Below, one piece after another: positions 45,796 to 54,519 of a stretch of 64,000 nt of DNA. The DNA is from Thermodesulfobacteriota bacterium (GTDB lineage Bacteria > Desulfobacterota_D > UBA1144 > Nemesobacterales > Nemesobacteraceae). How positions within the stretch are numbered: the stretch's first letter is position 1; each line of letters begins with the position of its first letter. The stretch spans positions 1,855,329-1,919,328 of the forward strand of contig OZ253668.1 of assembly GCA_965263275.1 (NCBI GenBank), read 5' to 3'. The notes below the pieces were generated by a model. The model was not told where the DNA came from. It saw only the letters and a program-made list of their open reading frames with translations, and did not search any database. The translations under genes were made by a program, and so were the position numbers.

Positions 45796-46277
45796 GATTT
45801 GCTTCCTCCCTGAGTTTGCTCTTCGCCTACCTGCGGCTGCTCTTCACTTGCCTGCGGCTGCTCTTCACTTGCCTGCGGCTGCTCTTCTGGTATCGAAGGA
45901 GTCTGAAAAGCACTCTGTTCCTCTTGCTGAGGAGCTTGCGGAGGAGTACTCCCCGCGGCGCCCGCAGGTTTCTGTTCCTCTATGTATTGTACGGTCATGA
46001 ACCGCAGAACATTATTTTTCGAAAGATTAAAATATCTTTCTATGTCCGTTACGGCCTTGGGTTCAGCCGAGTAAACGGCTATGTAGTAGGTGCCTCTGGT
46101 ATAGTTATCTATTCTGTACGCGAGATCCCTCTCGGCCCATTTTTCGGATTTTACCATCTCCCCGCCGTTTCCGGCTACGCTCTGTTCGACCCTGTTCTGG
46201 ATCGTAAGAAAATCTTCGGGGGATATGTCCGGCCTTACGAGATAAAGCGTTTCGTACTTCTTCGGCTCAATAGCCAT
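45792..46277 (-). CDS. rpsF: 30S ribosomal protein S6 with a repetitive acidic C-terminal extension
   Basis: [10 protein letters not shown]... S6 core. The tail is ...[26 protein letters not shown], encoded by 21-bp tandem repeats at ~45830-45890. Confidence 0.92.
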   Translation of the reverse strand: MAIEPKKYETLYLVRPDISPEDFLTIQNRVEQSVAGNGGEMVKSEKWAERDLAYRIDNYTRGTYYIAVYSAEPKAVTDIERYFNLSKNNVLRFMTVQYIEEQKPAGAAGSTPPQAPQQEEQSAFQTPSIPEEQPQASEEQPQASEEQPQVGEEQTQGGSKS

Positions 46278-46304
46278 GCTTACTGCCTCCTGTCTTGGTC
46301 TTTG

Positions 46305-46336
46305 GCCCCTGACGTCATTGCCTGGAAGTCAGGGGC
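46305..46336 (-). promoter_or_regulatory. Stable hairpin in the rpsF 5' leader (candidate S6:S18 autoregulatory structure)
   Basis: 9-bp GC-rich stem gcccctgac/gtcaggggc, ~28 nt upstream of the rpsF ATG and downstream of the predicted promoter. Confidence 0.35.
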
Positions 46337-46349
46337 AACAGAAAAAAAC

Positions 46350-46378
46350 ATTATACTGATTTTCAGAAACTGTGTAAA
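46350..46378 (-). promoter_or_regulatory. Sigma70-type promoter of the rpsF operon
   Basis: Minus strand reads TTTACA-17 nt-TATAAT (complements of 46373-46378 and 46350-46355). Confidence 0.5.
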
Positions 46379-46420
46379 TGCGGGCGGAGCCACGGCCCCG
46401 CCCGCAGGTCAAACGTCCTT

Positions 46421-48487
46421 TTATAGGATAAGGAGAGGAGCTACGACAAGCGATACTATGGACATAAGCTTGATCAGAATATTCATCGCCGGTCCCGAGG
46501 TATCCTTAAACGGATCTCCTATCGTGTCTCCTACGACGGCGGCCTTGTGAGCCTCCGATCCTTTTCCTCCCAGGTTCCCTTCCTCTATGAATTTTTTCGC
46601 GTTATCCCACGCCCCGCCAGAGTTGGCCATCATAAGCGCGAGCATGACTCCCGCCACAACGGCGCCGGCGAGAAAACCTCCAAGGGCTTCCTCTCCAAGG
46701 GCAAAACCTATGACGAGCGGTGCCACTATGGCGGTGACGCCCGGAAGTATCATCTCTTTTAGGGAAGCGTCGGTGCTTATCTTTACGCACCTTGCGTAGT
46801 CCGGGGTGCCGGTTCCTTCAAGAAGTCCGGTTATTTCCCTGAACTGTCTTCTTACTTCCTCCACCATTTGCTGCGCCGATCTCCCTACAGAACCCATGGT
46901 CATGGCGCCTATGAGAAACGGGATCGTTCCGCCTATCAGCATTCCCGCCACCACCTTGGGCTGGGTAATGTCGATCGAAGAAAGCCCGACGGCGTTTGTG
47001 TAAGCGGCAAAAAGCGCGAGAGCGGAAAGGGCCGCGGAACCGATGGCGAATCCTTTTCCTATGGCTGCGGTCGTGTTGCCGAGAGAATCAAGCTTGTCCG
47101 TAATTTTTCTTACGTCCGGGCCGAGTTCCGACATCTCCGCGATACCGCCCGCGTTATCCGCGACCGGACCGTAGGCGTCAACCGACATCGTTATTCCTAT
47201 CGTTGCGAGCATGCTGACCGCGGCTATTCCTATTCCGTAAAGCCCTGTGAGCCAGTGAGACAGCACTATCGCTGCGGCGATTATGACCACCGGGTAAACC
47301 GTGCTGTACATTCCCACCGCGAGTCCTTCGATTATGTTCGTGGCAACTCCCGTCTCGGAAGCCTTGGCTATTTTCTTGATCGGAGGTCCCGAAGTGAAGT
47401 GCTCGGTAACCTTGCCGATCAGTATTCCCGAGAGCAGTCCCACTATGGAAGTGATCCATATGCTTAGGTATCCCTGTTTTCCCATTGTGGACAGGCTCTC
47501 CACCTGTGCAAGTCCGTAGAGCGCCGCTAGGGAAATCGCGCAGTATACCACCGCCGCGAATATGGTGGACCTTTCAAGCACCGCGCTTGGTTCTCCATCC
47601 CTTAACCATCCTACTGCCTTGGATCCAACAAGAGAGGAAAGGCTTCCAACTATGATAAGTATCAGCGGGATCGACATCAAGGCGAGCTGGTTTCCCTGGA
47701 TGCTGATCGCGATTACTACGGTTGCGATTACGGCCCCCACGTAGGATTCGAAAAGGTCGGCGCCCATTCCCGCCACGTCTCCGACGTTATCTCCTACGTT
47801 GTCGGCTATGGTGGCCGGATTCCTAGGATCGTCCTCGGGGATTCCCGCCTCTACCTTTCCGACCAGGTCAGCTCCGACGTCAGCCGCCTTGGTGAAAATC
47901 CCTCCGCCTATCCTGGCGAAAAGAGCCACCGTGCTTGCTCCCATCGCGAATCCACCTATCATTCCTCCGAATTCCTTTAGAAACGCGGTGAGAAGGGGGC
48001 CGTCTTCGGGTTTTGCCTGAAGATCAACTCCCAGAAGAAAAACGATTGAAAGTCCCAGAAGACCGAGACCCGCGACCGCGAGACCCATTACGTTTCCGCC
48101 CCGAAATGCCACCTCAAGAGCTTTTCCCTGTCCTTCGGTAGCCGCTGCCTGAGCGGTCCTCACGTTGGCCTTTGTAGCCGCTTGCATGCCACAGAATCCG
48201 GCTATGAGCGAACAGACCGCCCCGCCGAGATAAGCGGCTCCGGTTTCAATTCCCAGAAACACCGAAAGCAAAACGAAGACAATCGCGGCGAAAAGACCGA
48301 TTATCCTGTATTCCCTTTTCAAAAACACCATCGCTCCCTCGTGAATCGCAGAGGCGATCTGCTTCATTTTGTCATTGCCTTCAGGAAGCTTGCTTATCCC
48401 CCTGTAGACAAAATACGCGTATACGAGCACGATAAGACCTACCGCGACTCCCACAAGGCCCATGTTGCCCGCTATAACTTCACCCAT
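46421..48487 (-). CDS. hppA: Membrane-bound proton/sodium-translocating pyrophosphatase
   Basis: 688-aa polytopic ORF with [26 protein letters not shown] and GGAWDNAKK motifs. Confidence 0.95.
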   Translation of the reverse strand: MGEVIAGNMGLVGVAVGLIVLVYAYFVYRGISKLPEGNDKMKQIASAIHEGAMVFLKREYRIIGLFAAIVFVLLSVFLGIETGAAYLGGAVCSLIAGFCGMQAATKANVRTAQAAATEGQGKALEVAFRGGNVMGLAVAGLGLLGLSIVFLLGVDLQAKPEDGPLLTAFLKEFGGMIGGFAMGASTVALFARIGGGIFTKAADVGADLVGKVEAGIPEDDPRNPATIADNVGDNVGDVAGMGADLFESYVGAVIATVVIAISIQGNQLALMSIPLILIIVGSLSSLVGSKAVGWLRDGEPSAVLERSTIFAAVVYCAISLAALYGLAQVESLSTMGKQGYLSIWITSIVGLLSGILIGKVTEHFTSGPPIKKIAKASETGVATNIIEGLAVGMYSTVYPVVIIAAAIVLSHWLTGLYGIGIAAVSMLATIGITMSVDAYGPVADNAGGIAEMSELGPDVRKITDKLDSLGNTTAAIGKGFAIGSAALSALALFAAYTNAVGLSSIDITQPKVVAGMLIGGTIPFLIGAMTMGSVGRSAQQMVEEVRRQFREITGLLEGTGTPDYARCVKISTDASLKEMILPGVTAIVAPLVIGFALGEEALGGFLAGAVVAGVMLALMMANSGGAWDNAKKFIEEGNLGGKGSEAHKAAVVGDTIGDPFKDTSGPAMNILIKLMSIVSLVVAPLLIL

Positions 48488-48519
48488 TGGTAAATTCCTC
48501 CTAGTAGAGAATTGTTTTT

Positions 48520-49092
48520 TTAGTTCAGTCGACTGTTAAATCTGTTCATCGCCGAATCCACTCCGGCGCTTATTATCTCAAGTGTTGCCTCGACCGCGGT
48601 TTCGACCATCTCAGCCGCCGTTTCCTTTTCATCCGCGGCGAATCCGGACAGGACGTAATCCCGGGCCTCTTTTTTCCCGGAAGGCTTTCCTATGCCGATT
48701 CTTACCCTGCAGAATTCCCCGGAACCCAGAGAGGCTATTATTGATCTTATTCCGTTGTGCCCGGCTGAGCCTCCTCCCCTGGTTATCCTTATGTTTCCCA
48801 GGTCTAGGTCAAGTTCGTCGTAAATAACTATTATCTGCTCAACCGCTATTCTGTAGAATTCCTTTGCTTCCCGAAGCGCTTCTCCGCTTGCGTTCATAAA
48901 GGTCTGGGGTTTTATTATCAGCAGTTTCTCATCTGAATAGACCGCTTCTGTGCAGAGGCTCCTGAATTTTTTCTTCCCGATCTTCGCGCCGAGGCGTTCC
49001 ACCGCGCGCTCCGCCGCGCGAAACCCTATATTATGTCTCGTATTGTCATAAGCGGAACCGGGATTCCCCAGGCCGGCAATCAGATATCGCAT
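48520..49092 (-). CDS. pth: Peptidyl-tRNA hydrolase
   Basis: [21 protein letters not shown]. Confidence 0.93.
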   Translation of the reverse strand: MRYLIAGLGNPGSAYDNTRHNIGFRAAERAVERLGAKIGKKKFRSLCTEAVYSDEKLLIIKPQTFMNASGEALREAKEFYRIAVEQIIVIYDELDLDLGNIRITRGGGSAGHNGIRSIIASLGSGEFCRVRIGIGKPSGKKEARDYVLSGFAADEKETAAEMVETAVEATLEIISAGVDSAMNRFNSRLN

Positions 49093-49104
49093 GGATTCGG
49101 TGAC

Positions 49105-49731
49105 TTATTCCTGGGCCTCGGGTTCCTGTTCCACTTCTTCGGCTTCTTCAACTTCTTCTTCTGTTGAGCGCTCCACGATCACGTGGACGACTTTTTCGCT
49201 CCCGTCTCTAAGGGTTTTTACTCCCTCGCCGAACGTAAGGCTCGCTATGTCCACGAAATCTCCCATGTTGAGACTGCTCACGTCTATCTCTATTGAATCG
49301 GGAATATTGCCCGGCAGGCATTCAAGATCAATGGTTCTCATCAGTTTTTCGAGCTTGCCACCTTTTCTTTCTCCTTCGGACCTTCCCTGAGTGTTTACCG
49401 GAACCTTGACCTTGACGTTCTTTTCCATGTCGATGGCAAGGAAGTCAATATGGATTACCCTGTTTTTAAGGGGATCTTTCTGGACTTCTCCCAGCATCGA
49501 GAATTTCTTTGCTGGGGGTTCGGAACCGTCTATCTCGAGTTCCAAAACGGTGTTCATTCCGGCGTTGTTCGAAAGCGCCTGCTTAAGTTCGTCGGGCTGT
49601 ACCACAAGCGGCATCGGGTCCTCTCCCTGCCCGTAAAATATGGCCGGTATGTTTCCTTCCTTCCTTACTTCCCTCGCCCCGCTTTTGCCTATTCTTTTTC
49701 TGGGTTTTACCCGCAGTGAGCTCTGTACCAT
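49105..49731 (-). CDS. rplY: 50S ribosomal protein L25 / general stress protein Ctc
   Basis: RKEGNIPAIFYG..., two-domain Ctc form with an acidic tail. Confidence 0.88.
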   Translation of the reverse strand: MVQSSLRVKPRKRIGKSGAREVRKEGNIPAIFYGQGEDPMPLVVQPDELKQALSNNAGMNTVLELEIDGSEPPAKKFSMLGEVQKDPLKNRVIHIDFLAIDMEKNVKVKVPVNTQGRSEGERKGGKLEKLMRTIDLECLPGNIPDSIEIDVSSLNMGDFVDIASLTFGEGVKTLRDGSEKVVHVIVERSTEEEVEEAEEVEQEPEAQE

Positions 49732-49750
49732 GTTTTTCTCCTGGAGTTGT

Positions 49751-50710
49751 TTAAGTGAAAAGTGCGCTTATTGATTCCCCGAGCGCCGTTCTCCTTATGG
49801 CTTCGCCGATTAGGTCGGCGATACTCAGCACGGTGATTTTCGCGCTTTGTTCCTGGTTTGCCTTCTGGGGAATGGTATTCGTGATTATTACTTCGTCAAT
49901 GTCCGAGTTGTTTATCCTGTCAAGAGCGGGTCCTGACAGCACGCCGTGGGTGCAGCAGAGCGAAACGCTTTTCGCTCCCCTCTCAAGAAGCACCTTAGCG
50001 GCCTCCGTGGCGGTTCCCGCCGTGTCAACGAGATCGTCTACTATTATCGCGTGCTTGTCTTCCACGTCGCCGATTATGTTGCTTATCCGCGCGACGTTGG
50101 GCGCGGGCCTTCTCTTATAGCAGATGGCGATTTCTGAGTGTGTTCTGTTCGCGAACTCCGTTGCCCTCTCAACCCCTCCAGCGTCGGGAGAAACCACTAC
50201 GGTTTCGCCGTCACGGTATTTTCCCCGAAGGTAGTTGGTTATCGCGGGCGCGGCGTAGAGGTGGGTCACCGGAACGTCGAAAAATCCCTGTATCTGGCCG
50301 GCGTGAAGGTCCATGGTCACTATCTTGTTCGCTCCCGCCACGACTATTAGGTCCGCGGCCAGCTTGGCGCTTATCGGGGCGCGGGGCTGAACCTTGCGGT
50401 CCTGCCTTGCGTATCCGTAATACGGGATGACGGCGGTTATTACCTTCGCCGAGGCCCGCTTGAGCGCGTCTATTATCACGAGAAGCTCCATAAGGTTCTC
50501 GTTTACGGGAGGACAAGTGGACTGTATGAGAAACACGTTTGATCCTCTTACGCTTTCCCTTATGTCAACGAATATCTCCCCGTCGCTGAAACGGTTTATC
50601 TCCATCTCCCCGGGAGAAACCTCGAGATAATCGCACACGTCCTTAAACAGGGGGTGATTTGACGTGCCGCTGAATATTTTTGCGTCCTGCATTTCCATGG
50701 CGAACCTCAA
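49751..50710 (-). CDS. prs: Ribose-phosphate pyrophosphokinase
   Basis: YARQDRK, DLHA.QIQGFF and VDDLVDTAGT motifs. The true start may be an internal Met a few codons in. Confidence 0.93.
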   Translation of the reverse strand: MRFAMEMQDAKIFSGTSNHPLFKDVCDYLEVSPGEMEINRFSDGEIFVDIRESVRGSNVFLIQSTCPPVNENLMELLVIIDALKRASAKVITAVIPYYGYARQDRKVQPRAPISAKLAADLIVVAGANKIVTMDLHAGQIQGFFDVPVTHLYAAPAITNYLRGKYRDGETVVVSPDAGGVERATEFANRTHSEIAICYKRRPAPNVARISNIIGDVEDKHAIIVDDLVDTAGTATEAAKVLLERGAKSVSLCCTHGVLSGPALDRINNSDIDEVIITNTIPQKANQEQSAKITVLSIADLIGEAIRRTALGESISALFT

Positions 50711-50787
50711 AATATGAAACCCTGTATTATAGAGTAAAGTTTTGATAATTCAAGCGCCGGGAATGGTTGCGGAGTCGACGGCACGAA

Positions 50788-51579
50788 CTACTTTCTGTAG
50801 GGCGAGAAATCAGGCGGCCTTTTCTCTGTAAACGCCTCGGTTCCCTCCGCGGCTTCCGCGGTAGTCTTGAAAAGATCGAGCGATGCCTTTCCCATGCTCG
50901 ATATGCCGAAAAGACCGTCGGTTTCTGAGTTAAAGGAGTACTTGGCAAGCTTAAGAGCCGTCGGGCTTTTTAAGAGCAGTTCCTCGCACCAGGCGTTTAC
51001 TTCCGAGTCAAGTTCCTCCGCGGGGACGACCCTGTTTACAAGTCCCATCTCAAGGGCTTCAGCGGCCGAGTACTGTCTGCAGAGATACCACATCTCCCTT
51101 GCCTTTCTCTCCCCGATCAGCCTTGAGAGATAAGCCGTTCCGAAGCCCGGGTCAACGCTTCCGACCTTGGGACCCACCTGCCCGAAAACCGAATCCTCAG
51201 AGGCGATGGTGAGATCGCACATGAACTGCAGTATGTTTCCCCCGCCTATTGCGTAGCCCCTTACCGCCGCTACGACCGGCTTCGGTATGTTTCTTATGAG
51301 ATAGTGAAGATGGGAAACGTAATCCCCAACTCCAAGAAGGCCGTCTTTTCCCCCTGAGCCCGCTTTTTTCTTCTTAAGATCTCCTCCGCTGCAAAAGGCC
51401 TTCCCGCCCGCGCCCCGGAGAACCACAACCCCGATCTGCCCATCTCCCCACGCGTCGGTAAAGGCCGTGATCATCTCATGGAGCGTCACGTCCCGAAAGG
51501 CGTTTCGGGTTTTGGGGCGGTTAATCGTCACGAAGGCCACTCCGCCCGTTTTTTCATAGATTATGTCTTCGAAATTCAT
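50788..51579 (-). CDS. menB: 1,4-dihydroxy-2-naphthoyl-CoA synthase (crotonase fold)
   Basis: FEDIIYEK..GVAFVTINRP..RNAF, AFCSGGD, GQVGPKVGSVDPGFG and FTEKRPPDF follow the MenB pattern closely. Confidence 0.8.
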   Translation of the reverse strand: MNFEDIIYEKTGGVAFVTINRPKTRNAFRDVTLHEMITAFTDAWGDGQIGVVVLRGAGGKAFCSGGDLKKKKAGSGGKDGLLGVGDYVSHLHYLIRNIPKPVVAAVRGYAIGGGNILQFMCDLTIASEDSVFGQVGPKVGSVDPGFGTAYLSRLIGERKAREMWYLCRQYSAAEALEMGLVNRVVPAEELDSEVNAWCEELLLKSPTALKLAKYSFNSETDGLFGISSMGKASLDLFKTTAEAAEGTEAFTEKRPPDFSPYRK

Positions 51580-51582
51580 CGG

Positions 51583-53058
51583 CTACCCTTTATACCACTT
51601 CCCGGTACTCTCCCCGGTGAATATGTTAACGCACTTGGTCTCAAGGTAGTTGTCTATTCCTTCAGCTCCTAGTTCCTTCCCGATTCCGCTCTGCTTAAAG
51701 CCCCCGTAGGGAGTCTCGGGGGTTATCCCCCCGTAGGTGTTTACCCAGAGGTAGCCTGCCTTTACGGCCTTCGCCATCCGGAGCGCGCGGTTTATGTCTC
51801 TGGTCCAGATTCCTCCCGCGAGTCCGTATTCAACGTCGTTTGCCATCGTGACGGCCTCTTCCTCGGACTTAAAGGGCATGACGCAGACCACCGGCCCGAA
51901 AACCTCCTCGCACGCGAGGGTAGAACCCGGCGGGACGTCCTCAAGAACTGTCGGCGCTATGTAGTAACCCTTCTCGAATCCCTCGGGGCGGTCTCCGCCC
52001 GCGATCACCCGCGCCCCTTCTGAGACGCCTTTTTCGATGTAATTCATCACGCTCTCGTAGTGTTCTTTTGAGATTACGGTCCCGAACTCAGTTTCGGGAT
52101 CTTCGGGGTCCCCGATTCTTATCCTCGAGATCCTGTCAAGGTAGGCGGAGAGAAACTCGTCGTATATCTCCTCGTGGAGCATGAGCCTGGTTACGGCGGT
52201 GCAGTTCTCTCCCTGGTTGAAAAACCCTCCGCGAAGACACGCCTCGACGGCTCCCTCGACGTCAGCGTCGGGAAAAACCATGCAGGGGGCCTTGCCTCCA
52301 AGTTCCAGGGATACCTTTTTTATTCCCCCAGCCGCCGTCCTCATCACGTTTTTTCCGACTTCTGTGGAACCCGTAAACGCTATCTTGCCTACCCCGGGGT
52401 GCTCGGTAAGCGCCTGGCCGGCTACGGATCCCTTTCCGGGCACCACGTTCAGCACCCCGTCCGGAAGTCCGGCCTCGGAGCAGAGCTTTGCCACCTCGAC
52501 GATTCCGCACGAAGTGAGTTCCGCGGGTTTTATTACCATGGTGCATCCGGCCACGAGCGCGGGGGCTATTTTCCAGAAGGAAAGAAGAAGGGGGAAATTC
52601 CACGGGATTATGTGCGCCGCTACGCCCACGGGTTCTTTTATGGTTAGGGATATCTGGTTTTCGTTTACCTGCAGGGTTTCTCCGTTAAGACGGGTGTGAG
52701 CTCCCGAGTAATACTCAAGCGTTCTTATCGAACCGCCTATTTCAACCGCGGCGCTCTCGCGGATTGGCTTTCCGGTCTCGCGAGTGTTTACAAGGGCGAT
52801 CTTGTCCCTGTTATCCGAGAGTACCTGGGCGATCCGAAGAAGGTACTTGGCGCGCTCGGATGCCGGGAGACGAGACCACTTGGGAAAAGCGCGCTCGGCG
52901 GCCCGAACCGCTGCGTCGATGTCTTCCGGTCCTCCCTGAGCGACTTGAGCGAAGGGTTTTTCCGTCGCGGGGTTTTCTCTTGTGGAGTAGGTGCCGCTTT
53001 GCGGTTCCCTTTCCCCGCCGTCGATGAAAAGGGCGCACTTTATCTCCGTACCGGGCAT
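51583..53058 (-). CDS. NAD(P)-dependent aldehyde dehydrogenase
   Basis: FTGSTEVGK, ELGGKAP and the GENCTA catalytic Cys context. ATG at 53058 (MPGTEIKCALFIDGG) is preferred. Confidence 0.88.
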   Translation of the reverse strand: MPGTEIKCALFIDGGEREPQSGTYSTRENPATEKPFAQVAQGGPEDIDAAVRAAERAFPKWSRLPASERAKYLLRIAQVLSDNRDKIALVNTRETGKPIRESAAVEIGGSIRTLEYYSGAHTRLNGETLQVNENQISLTIKEPVGVAAHIIPWNFPLLLSFWKIAPALVAGCTMVIKPAELTSCGIVEVAKLCSEAGLPDGVLNVVPGKGSVAGQALTEHPGVGKIAFTGSTEVGKNVMRTAAGGIKKVSLELGGKAPCMVFPDADVEGAVEACLRGGFFNQGENCTAVTRLMLHEEIYDEFLSAYLDRISRIRIGDPEDPETEFGTVISKEHYESVMNYIEKGVSEGARVIAGGDRPEGFEKGYYIAPTVLEDVPPGSTLACEEVFGPVVCVMPFKSEEEAVTMANDVEYGLAGGIWTRDINRALRMAKAVKAGYLWVNTYGGITPETPYGGFKQSGIGKELGAEGIDNYLETKCVNIFTGESTGKWYKG

Positions 53059-53279
53059 AGTTTGAGAGTTTATACCGGACAAATCTCCCGTAATCAAACC
53101 CAGACTCAGCCTGCAGGCACGACCTTGAGAATGTAATTAGGTGCTGAAAAGTCCAAGTTATTTGATCAGGAAGGCCAAATTGTCCGGAGATTGGTCAGAA
53201 ACGCGGTAGGGCAAGTGGGATGATGTCTAGGAGCCGAACTTAACTGGAAAAATATAGTGAATAGATTATTTAAATGCTC

Positions 53280-53308
53280 TTGACAGCATATGCGGTTTAA
53301 GTCATATT
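53280..53308 (+). promoter_or_regulatory. Sigma70-type promoter of the toxin-antitoxin module
   Basis: TTGACA (53280-53285), 17 nt, CATATT (53303-53308), 7 nt before the GTG at 53315. Confidence 0.45.
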
Positions 53309-53314
53309 TATTCC

Positions 53315-53665
53315 GTGAGTTGGAAAGTCGATTTCGACCCGGCTTTTGACGCCGAATTTGAGAGCCTGTCCATTGCGGTGCAGGATGAGTTGCTTGCGCA
53401 TGCGAAACTTCTTGAGCAGTTTGGGCCCGAGCTGGGCCATCCTTGGGTAGACACTCTTAACGGATCGCGCCACGCCAACATGAAGGAGATTCGCTTCAAG
53501 TCCGAAAACGGCGTGTGGCGGGTCGCTTTCGCTTTTGATCCCCGACGCCGGGCCGTTCTGCTTGTTGCTGGCGACAAATAGGGCGGTAGCGAAAAGCGTT
53601 TTTACAGAGAGCTTATCAGGAAAGCGGATAAAAGGTTTGATGCGCATTTTGATCAGCTGAAGTAG
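53315..53665 (+). pseudogene. RelE/HigB-superfamily toxin interrupted by an in-frame TAG
   Basis: 88 codons (...RVAFAFDPRRRAVLLVAGDK), then TAG at 53579-53581. The same frame then continues GGSEKRFYRELIRKADKRFDAHFDQLK* to 53665. Confidence 0.6.
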
Positions 53666-53669
53666 TATC

Positions 53670-54020
53670 ATGGAGCAAGACAAGGAGATTATCATGACGA
53701 CCCTAACGGAGAGATTTGACCGGCTCCCCACGTCGCGCCGTAAGAAAGTAGAGCAGCGGGCTAGAGGGCTGATTGCCGAGGAGATGTCTCTTCGGGACCT
53801 GCGCAAGGCGCGGGAACGAACTCAGGCGCATGTGGCAAAGGAACTTGGTATCAATCAGGAGAATGTATCTCGTATCGAAAAACGAAGCGACCTGCTGATA
53901 TCTACTCTAAGCGGCTATATCGAAGCTATGGGCGGAAAGCTGAGTCTTGTGGTGGAGTTTCCTGACTGCCCGCCTGTGACACTTGCCGGTATTGCGGCTC
54001 TGGACAAAGAAGACAGTTAG
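53670..54020 (+). CDS. XRE-family HTH antitoxin (HigA-like)
   Basis: 116 aa with the HTH LRKARERTQAHVAKELGINQENVSRIEKR. Starts 4 nt after the toxin reading frame ends. Confidence 0.75.
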   Translation: MEQDKEIIMTTLTERFDRLPTSRRKKVEQRARGLIAEEMSLRDLRKARERTQAHVAKELGINQENVSRIEKRSDLLISTLSGYIEAMGGKLSLVVEFPDCPPVTLAGIAALDKEDS

Positions 54021-54129
54021 GGGAAGTTTTCTGAGGGAGTCTGGCTATTTGGTTCAGGCGCGCTCAGTTCTTCGAGACAGACGCCGGTTCGAATAATAAC
54101 GATGTTCTCGCAACTGAGGGCAATGATTT

Positions 54130-54323
54130 GCGGGGAGAGGATTACGTGGAATCGGAGATTTTTAAGAACTGCCGCTTTCACGTTGATGTCTTCTGGCTTT
54201 CCCCGGGTCACTTGAACCAAGCTTTTCCGTCGCGGGGTTTTCCCTTACGGAGTAGGCGCCGCTTTGGGGTTCCCTTTCCCCGCCGTCAATGAAGAGATCG
54301 CACATTATTTCCGTACTGGCCAT
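54130..54323 (-). pseudogene. Remnant of an aldehyde dehydrogenase 5' end (duplicate of 52880-53058)
   Basis: Hand translation MASTEIMCDLFIDGGEREPQSGAYSVRENPATEK.. matches MPGTEIKCALFIDGGEREPQSGTYSTRENPATEK. After a frameshift, ..GKPEDINVKAAV matches GGPEDIDAAVRAA. Confidence 0.7.
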
Positions 54324-54430
54324 AGCTTGAGGATTATAACAGACAGTTCCTTATACGTATCCGCCCGGGAACAATTCGATACTTTCGTTGTCTTGCTTCG
54401 GAGTCAGTAATAAGGTGCGTTCAAATGCCG

Positions 54431-54464
54431 AAAAAAACAAGGGCAGTCTCAAGACTGCCCTTGT
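54431..54464 (-). terminator. Rho-independent terminator of the Cache-like gene A
   Basis: 12-bp perfect stem acaagggcagtc/gactgcccttgt, followed on the minus strand by T7. Confidence 0.7.
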
Positions 54465-54519
54465 TAGATCAACTGTTACCGCCAGTTTCAGGAAAACTGC
54501 CAGTACTGTAAGAAAGTTC

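Noticed and set aside
54017-54220. 67-aa minus-strand ORF abutting the antitoxin stop
   Set aside because: Its N-terminal part is the frameshifted continuation of the ALDH 5' remnant (GKPEDINVKAAV). It is covered by the pseudogene call and is not an independent gene.
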